Below, one piece after another: positions 56,891 through 64,000 of a stretch of DNA of 64,000 nt. Source of the DNA: Octopus vulgaris (lineage: Eukaryota); contig OX597821.1 of NCBI GenBank assembly GCA_951406725.2, positions 95,170,001-95,234,000 on the forward strand, given 5' to 3'. Each line of letters opens with the position of its first letter. The first letter of the stretch is position 1. The notes below the pieces were generated by a model. The model did no database searches, was not told where the DNA came from, and was given only the letters and a program-made list of their open reading frames with translations. Both the position numbers and the translations under genes were made by a program.

Positions 56891-59800
56891 TGTGGGGATG
56901 AGCCGGAAGAAGAGGGCCTTGATGTCAATGGTCAAGGGACTGACCGGAAGAGGAAGCGTGAGAAGGGAAGTGTGGGGTGAGGGACAAGACAGGGTCGTCC
57001 TTTTTTGACCAGCTGAGGCACTGCAAATGGATATGAGGGAATTCGCTCCTGGGTTAGTGAGATAGCAGCTGCTTATACTGGGAGACAGGGTAGGGAAGGA
57101 TCACCGGAGTGACTACAACAAGACAGGCGCAGACAAGAGAGGAAGATAGGTGAACTTCTTTCCATTTCTCATGCACGACAAGCTATTTTGGCAATTCTAT
57201 ACAGATGTCGTTGACCCTTTGATATATGATGGGAGCGAAGATAAGGATCGGCAGTGATGTCATCAGACCTTTCTATGGCGAAGGTGACGTAGTAGCCTGG
57301 ATTCGAAAGGTCAAAGTTGTGGTCAGGATACAAAGCATCAAAGATGTAGCGAGCTACATGGCCCTGTACTTGGAGGGGAGTGCGCTGGCGCTGTACCTCC
57401 AAACGGATGAAGAACAGCTGAGCACAGCGAAGACCAAGCAGCGCTTGAGAGAGGCTTACACTGATGGAGAGTACACTGCTTTTGCTAAGCTGGGAACAAT
57501 CAGATGGAGAGGGAAACAGGTCGACGACTACGCTGAAGATGTACAGAGGTTGGTTGTGTTGTCTGGTCTTACCAGTAAGGGACTTGAGAAAGTAGCGCAA
57601 TTGGCTTTTGCGAACGGCTTTCCCAATGACATGTCAGTGCAACTACAACTGTTGCCAGGCGGCAACAAAATGGTGATGAGCAAGCTCATCGTTCAAGTTC
57701 GTGTGTTGATATAAAACACTGAGTAGAAGGCAATGGTGATGGCAGCTGCAGAAACCTGCGAATCTGCACAACAGCCAGTGAAGGACACAAAGAGGCCTGC
57801 TGTGGAACGATAGTGGCCATTCACAGGATGGTGTTTTAAGTGCCAAGGACTGCACATGGCGAGGGACTGCACAGAGCCCAGACCAGTTTGCTACTGGTGC
57901 AAACACACAGAGTATATCGCCCAAAATTGTAGCCAGGGAAAAGGCCATGGGAAGTTGTTGCTTCTCAAACTTCCCCTGTGAACGAGTAGAGGCATTGGTG
58001 AAGTCACTGCTCACGGTCAGGGGAAACATGTTCAAGGCCCTTATGGACTGAGGCTCCACGATGACTCTCTTGACCCCGAGGGCGATAAAGAAATGGAAGG
58101 AGATAAGTAGCATACAGGTGGTTGACAGCAGTGAAATTGAATGCAAGGATAGCAGTGATGTGGATATAGCAGTGCAAGGCATAACACTAAGGCTTTGGGC
58201 GATCATGACCGACCACATGGTAGACGTGATCAATATGGTAACAGGGATGGACGCAATTGACCACCTTGGAGGTGTCAGTGTTGGAGGAGATGTGGTTTCG
58301 CTTGATGCCATGGAGGCATCGTGCACTGTGAGTCAGTAATGTGAGTGAGAGTAGGGCCCTGTGAGGAGCTGCACTGCCTACGCCATCGAAGGCAAGGATT
58401 TTCAGGTGGTGTTCAATGGTCAGCGATGGACAATAGAATGGAACTGGAAAGAGGGACCCCTGACGCTGAAGAACAAGGTGAGCTGCTACCAGCATACCCT
58501 GAAAGGGTACGCCAATGGTGAGTTTGAAGAAGAGGTAGGGAAGTGGATTAAGGAAGGTGTCCTTATCCTGTGGAAAGAGGAGATGGTGAGCAGATGCTAC
58601 CTCTAATGGCAGTGGTGCAGCCAACACAGGGCAAAGTTAGACCAGTACTGGACTTTCAGGAGATGAATGCCCATGTATCGTACCACACAGGTGGCAAGGC
58701 GACTAACGTCTGCAATAAGATACTGTGCATACAGAGGCAGTCAACTAAGGTGGCAATGTTTATTGACTTGATGCCGGCATATTTGCAGATCCGTGCGAGC
58801 GACAAACCGTGGCAGTACCAACTGGTGCGATACAAAGGCCAGACAAATTGTCTGACAAGGCTGGGTTCTGGGCTGAATTCTGCACTGAAAATCATGGCGA
58901 CAGTGCTCAAATCCATCCTGGGAAAGGTGGATAGGATAAGAAGGGCCACTAGTTCCTACATAGACAACATCCTAGTGGACGAAATCGTAGTGCCTGCCAC
59001 AGAGGTTGTGAGACATTTGAAGAAATTTGGGTTGATTGCAAAGCCACCAGAGCCAATGGCTGGAAAAGCTGCACTGGGGCTTAAGCCTCAGAGAGACATA
59101 ACAGGTGAGTTGGTGTTTCATAGGGGGAATGAGATTCCAGAGCTGGGTACCAATGTTAGCAGGAGAGAACAGTTCTCAATGTGCGGGAAGGTAGTAGGTC
59201 ACTACCCAATCATGGGGTGGCTGCGTATGGCATGCAGTTACACCAACAGATGGGCAGAAGGGGAGAACTGAAGAGACAATGTGAAAGAAGGGACAGTGGT
59301 CATGATGCAGGAAATCCTGGAGAGGACGAGAGCAGAAGACCCAGTCAGAGGGAACTGGCATGTGCCCAGATCGGATAGCGGGACCATTTGGTGTGATGCT
59401 AGCAGCATTGCAATAGGAGTCATGTTGGAAATCGGAGGCACAGAAGTGAGGGATACCACCTGGCTTCGAAAAGCAGACGACTACAACCACATCAATGTCG
59501 TTGAGTTGGACATTGACCCTGAAATGGGTGCTGTGCTCAAAATCAGGATGGAATCAACTACTGTGCTTGGCTGGGTAGGATCAGTGATCACTGACGAGAA
59601 GAGTGTGTGAACCAAAGGGGCTGTGGAAATGCTAGTGAAGCACCACTTAGGGATTCTAGGGGAGTTGATTGGTAAGTTCAGCCTGAAGCTGAATGTGGTC
59701 TTTGTGCCTTCAGAGAGAAACAAGGCAGATGCTCTAACCAGAGTAAAAAAGGCCTGGTTAGGGGAATCGAAGAATCGAAGCAAGGGGTAGCCACAGTGTG

Positions 59801-61440
59801 TCAGTTAAATGACTCCGAGCTAAGGAGACTGCATGCCATGCATCATATGGGCGTGGAGATTGACACTGACGTTACCAGATGGAGTATCCAGAAGGTGGTC
59901 AAGAACTGCGACAGGTGTCAATCCATCAACCCTGCTCCAGGTGCGCATGGGCAGGGAAACGTTTCAGTAGAGCACAACTGGAGACGATTAGAAGTAGATG
60001 TAACACACTACCAGCAGAGGACGTATCTCTCGATGGTCGATTGTGGGCTGGGCCAGATGGCCATTTGGAGGGAATTGAGGACAGGCACTGCAAACGAGAT
60101 GGTACGTATTCTAAATGAAGTATTCTCAGAGCAGGGCCCTGTGGCCGAATTGCTGAACAGCAGCAGAGCATTTCGTTCGGAGGCGCCGAAGAAGATGCTT
60201 GACAGGTGGAAAGTGCACCACTTTTTCAGAGCAGCATGCAGGCCGAGTGGAAATAGGATCATGGAGAGGCCATGGCAGAGCGGGGACAGAGTGTGCCAGC
60301 AGAGTGCTGGTACAACATGTTGCCCCCAACCAGGACAGGCCAAAGAGGCCGCGCCACATAAAGCGATATTCAAATATGAATGGCAGCATCTGAGTAAACC
60401 ATCGAGATACTCTGTAGAAGAGAGAGAGCCCGACTTCTAGGAGGTGGGAGATGAAGTTTGGGTCAAGCCACCAAAGGCACGCTGGACAACTCAGTGGAAC
60501 AGAAGAATAGTGAATTCTAAAAACAACATCTTTCTGGATGGAATGCCATGTCATATCTTGGATGTTCATAGGATTGTCGCTTCGTCGGAGGATGATTGTA
60601 GAGAAGAGGATGAGAATGTGGTTCCCAGTTTAAAAAGATCACAAAGTGCAAGGCGCCCACCCAAATGGGTTGCAGATTACAACATGGAGTGAAGTGAGGA
60701 GGTGATCTTTGAGATCAGGGGTGTGTGTGGGAATGAGCTGGAAGAGGGCCATGATCTAAGTAGAGACTTCAAACTTGAAATCTTCAAAGCCACAGTCGAA
60801 CCAATTCTACTATATGGCTTAGAAACCTGGATGTTATCAAAGAAGCTTGAGAGGCAGTTGGATGGAACCTACACTCACCTCCTTATGAGAGCTCAAAATC
60901 TCTCGTGGAAGCGCCATCCAACCAAAATGCAAATATATGGGAAACTACCACCTGTGTCACCTCTTGTGAAAGGTAGGAGAGTACAGTTTGCTGGACATTG
61001 TTGTAGAGCCGAAAAAGAGGTAATTTCTACTCTTCTCCTCTGGAAGCCATCTACTCGCAATACCAGAGGGCGCACACTCTCCTACCTACCCTGATGTAAT
61101 CTCCAGGGATACAGGCATCCAGCAACAGGACCTCTGTAATGCCATGATGGACCATGAAGTCTGGCGTAGCATGGTAAATTCCATTGTCTTGACCACGGTC
61201 GAACAATGATGATGATGTCAATGTCAAGGGACTGACCGAAAAAGGAAGCGTGAGAAGGGAAGTGCAGTGGGGGGGACAGGACAGGGCTGTCCTTTTTTGG
61301 CCAGCCAAGGCATAGCAAAGTATAAGCAGCTGCTTATACTGGGTGTCGGGGTAGGGCAGGATCGCCGGAATGACTACTACTAGACAGGCGCAGACGAGAG
61401 AGGAAGGTAGGTGAACACTTTTCATTTTCCACGCACAACA
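56891..61440 (+). mobile_element. Decayed full-length Gypsy/Ty3 LTR retrotransposon
   Basis: TG..CA LTRs (56891-57180; 60726-61440, interrupted) and TSD GTTAC. gag with two zinc knuckles (CFKC..H..C, CYWC), PR ALMD*GS, RT VRPVLDF/YIDN, RNase H WCDAS, integrase HH..CDRC/VDVTHY, in Gypsy order. Confidence 0.92.
60756..61217 (+). mobile_element. RTE-clade LINE 3' fragment inserted in the 3' LTR
   Basis: FKATVEPILLYGLETW..SWKRH..QFAGHC. (TGA)n tail. Confidence 0.85.
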
Positions 61441-61730
61441 GTTACGAGGACGTACACACACCAGCATCGGTTGTCAAGCGATGTTGGGGGAGACAAACAC
61501 AGACACACAAACATATACACACACAGTTTACGTCTACCAAATCCACTCGCAAGGCCTTAATCGGTCCAAGGCTATAGTAGAAGTAACTCGCCCAAGCTGC
61601 CATGCAGTGGGACTTGAACTCCGAACTATGTGGCTGGTAAGCAAGCTACTTACCACATAGCCACTCCTGCACCAATTAGTTTTCTTTTTTTTTAATTAAA
61701 ATTTTTAAACAGATAAAACAAAGAAGTTTT

Positions 61731-62185
61731 GGATCTTTTCGGTTTGAACGGCAGTTTTTTCTAGCGATGTCATATGAAATTGTCATCCATAATTATGACC
61801 CTAGTATCGATCTATTGCATTTCAATCTGTTTTAGGGTTAGGGGTGGCGGGAAGGGTACCTTTTTTCTTCAACAAATGTAAATAAACCCAATCTGTTTCT
61901 TAAACGAAGGACATATTCATACGGCACAGAATGTTTTTTACCTCAATAGACGTCAGTGATTGATACTCTGTAGAAGAAAGAGAATCCGACTTCTAGGAGG
62001 TGGGGGATGAAGTTTGCAGAAATTGAAGAAAAAAGCACCAAATATCTTACAAACTATAGAATTTTCTCAATAAGACCAAGAGAAAAAGATGTTTTATAAA
62101 CACATTCTACCAGTATACGAAGTTTTTAATTTTTTAGTTACTTAGAAATTATGTTAAAAACTGCCGTTCAAAACCGAAAAGATCC
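61731..62185. mobile_element. MITE (GGATCTTTTCGG TIR) with 8-bp TSD GAAGTTTT
   Basis: The perfect 8-bp TSD suggests hAT- or Merlin-type transposition. Carries a 55-bp foreign insert. Confidence 0.88.
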
Positions 62186-62399
62186 GAAGTTTTTATAAGT
62201 CAGAGCAAATAAATTTTAATAGTGAAAAGAATTTAAAGTGAAACAAAATTTATTAAAATAAAAATGTTTTGTTTGTAATATATTGCAAGTACAAGCGATA
62301 TTGTAAGGGAGGTAAATCTTCGAGTACTAAGATCCTAAGGGCAGATAATTTGCTGACGAACCCTGTTTATGAGTGATTATGAGTAAATGCTTGAAAGCG

Positions 62400-62477
<78 letters not shown>

Positions 62478-62546
62478 ACACTTTCTTCACTCAACCTCTC
62501 TCTCCTATCAGCCACCAAAATGTAATATACGCGCAAGACAGTATTC

Positions 62547-62960
62547 GGATCTTTTCGGTTTGAACGGCAGTTTTTTCTAGCGGTGTCATATGAAATTGTC
62601 ACCCATAATTATGACCCTAGTATCGATCTATTGCATTTCAATCTGTTTTAGGGTTAGGGGTGGCGGGAAGGGTATCTTTTTTTTCTTCAACAAATGTAAA
62701 TAAACCCAATCTGTTTCTTAAACGAGGGACATATTCATACGGCACAGAATGTTTTTTTACCTCAATAGACGTCAGTGATTGATTGAAATTGCAGAAATTG
62801 AAGAAAAAAAACAACAAATATCTTACAAACCATAGAATTTTCTCAATAAAGCCAAGAGAAAAAGATGTTTTATAAACACATTCTACCAGTATACGAAGTT
62901 TCAAATTTTTTAGTTACCTCGAAATTATGTTAAAAACTGCCGGTCAAACCGAAAAGATCC
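62547..62960. mobile_element. MITE (GGATCTTTTCGG TIR)
   Basis: Third copy. Confidence 0.88.
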
Positions 62961-62996
62961 GTAACTTCTAATAAAAATCTGATCGGTCTAACTTAT

Positions 62997-63585
62997 GAAA
63001 GCTTGGCAAAGTAGATAACTTAATAATGATGAAAAGTGAGCAATCGTAATTTCTACCTTTCTCCGTTATTTTTTATTTTTTTTTTTTGGCAATCTTTCGT
63101 CCCTAGTAGACCTTTCCGTCGATTTCCGTAAAAAAAATTTTTTTTTACATATGGGCTTGCGGGAACTTTTGAAGTAATGAGAGCGAAAGAGACTAAGAGA
63201 AAGCGATTGTATGACGAGGGAAGTTCTTTTGAAGTTACCGTCCAGGGGAAGCATTGATGTACATCTGTGTGTGTGTGTGTGTGTGTTTGATGGGGTGTGG
63301 GAGACAGACAGTATGTTGTGTAAGTGAAGTGCTTCTGTTAGTGTGTGTGAAGAGACAGAGTAATGTGTGAAAGAAAGAGATAACTGAAATTTTTTACTCG
63401 GTGTATGTGTATATGTATGTATATTACTTCAAAAGTTCCCGCAAGCCCATATGTTAAAAAAAAAAAAATTTTTTTACGGAAATCGACGGAAAGGTCTACT
63501 AGAAACGAAAGATCGCCGAAAGCTTGGCAAAGTAGATAACTTAATGATGATGAAAAGTGAGCAATCGCAATTTCTACCTTTCTCC
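62997..63585. repeat. ~85-bp inverted repeat (~63092-63178 / 63422-63512) bracketed by a ~68-bp direct repeat
   Basis: GAAAGCTTGGCAAAGTAGATAAC... occurs twice. CATATGGGCTTGCGGGAACTTTTGAAGTAAT is inverted. Confidence 0.75.
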
Positions 63586-63884
63586 ATTTTTTTTTTTTTA
63601 AAGAGAAAGAGAAACGAGATGTGCAAAGGAAGGGAGATAAATATAACGAAGGACTAGGAAAATGAAGTTATCTGTAGAAATAAAAGTGAAGTAGAAGCAA
63701 GACTTACGTTTCCTGTTCAACATATTTGATAAGACATAGAGCTTTTCTCTGTAGTAACCAGAGAAAGTTGTTAATATGTGATTCCCACACACCACATAGG
63801 TTTCCTGAAGAGATTCTGGGCAGCTGTAGAAGCTGAAACAGGCAACAAAGATCTTGTAAACAACAATAATGATTTCTTTATATC

Positions 63885-64000
63885 GGTTTCAAATTTTGGC
63901 ACAAGGCCAGCATTTTCGGGGGAGGAGGGGGAGGTAAATCGATTACACTGACCCCAATGCTCTATTGGTACTTATTTTATTGACCCCTGAAAGGATGAAA
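63885..64000 (-). mobile_element. SINE B' running off the window end
   Basis: GGCACAAGGCCAG...GGTACTTATTTTAT. Confidence 0.7.

Larger units (their letters stand above)
56755..61672 (-). mobile_element. SINE family A split by the LTR element (56755-56890 and 61441-61672)
   Basis: The consensus GCTAAGTTAC|GGGGACGT resumes after the insertion. Confidence 0.85.

Overview
This is AT-rich, repeat-saturated eukaryotic DNA, most likely an intergenic or intronic stretch of an octopus (coleoid cephalopod) genome. That assignment is inferred from the tRNA-derived SINE families and the extreme microsatellite load. I see no intact host protein-coding gene, and most ORFs in the track are translations of microsatellites or SINEs. 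Retroelements: three SINE families (about 30 copies), 5'-truncated CR1/L2-group LINEs, an RTE fragment and a decayed full-length Gypsy LTR element with a 5-bp TSD. DNA elements: a decayed RepHel Helitron, non-autonomous Helitrons, mariner remnants and several MITE families. The most notable signal is a set of short, mutually unrelated, mostly (TA)n-associated elements carrying minimal type-I hammerhead-ribozyme motifs with palindromic stem III, the Penelope-like type. One has a canonical core and sits in a near-perfect 138-bp fold-back. Two have a compensated U3-A8 core and one degenerate copy has a G3-C8 core. Other signals are a covarying 3' stem-loop shared by SINE family A and its probable partner LINE, and several templated-insertion and fold-back scars.
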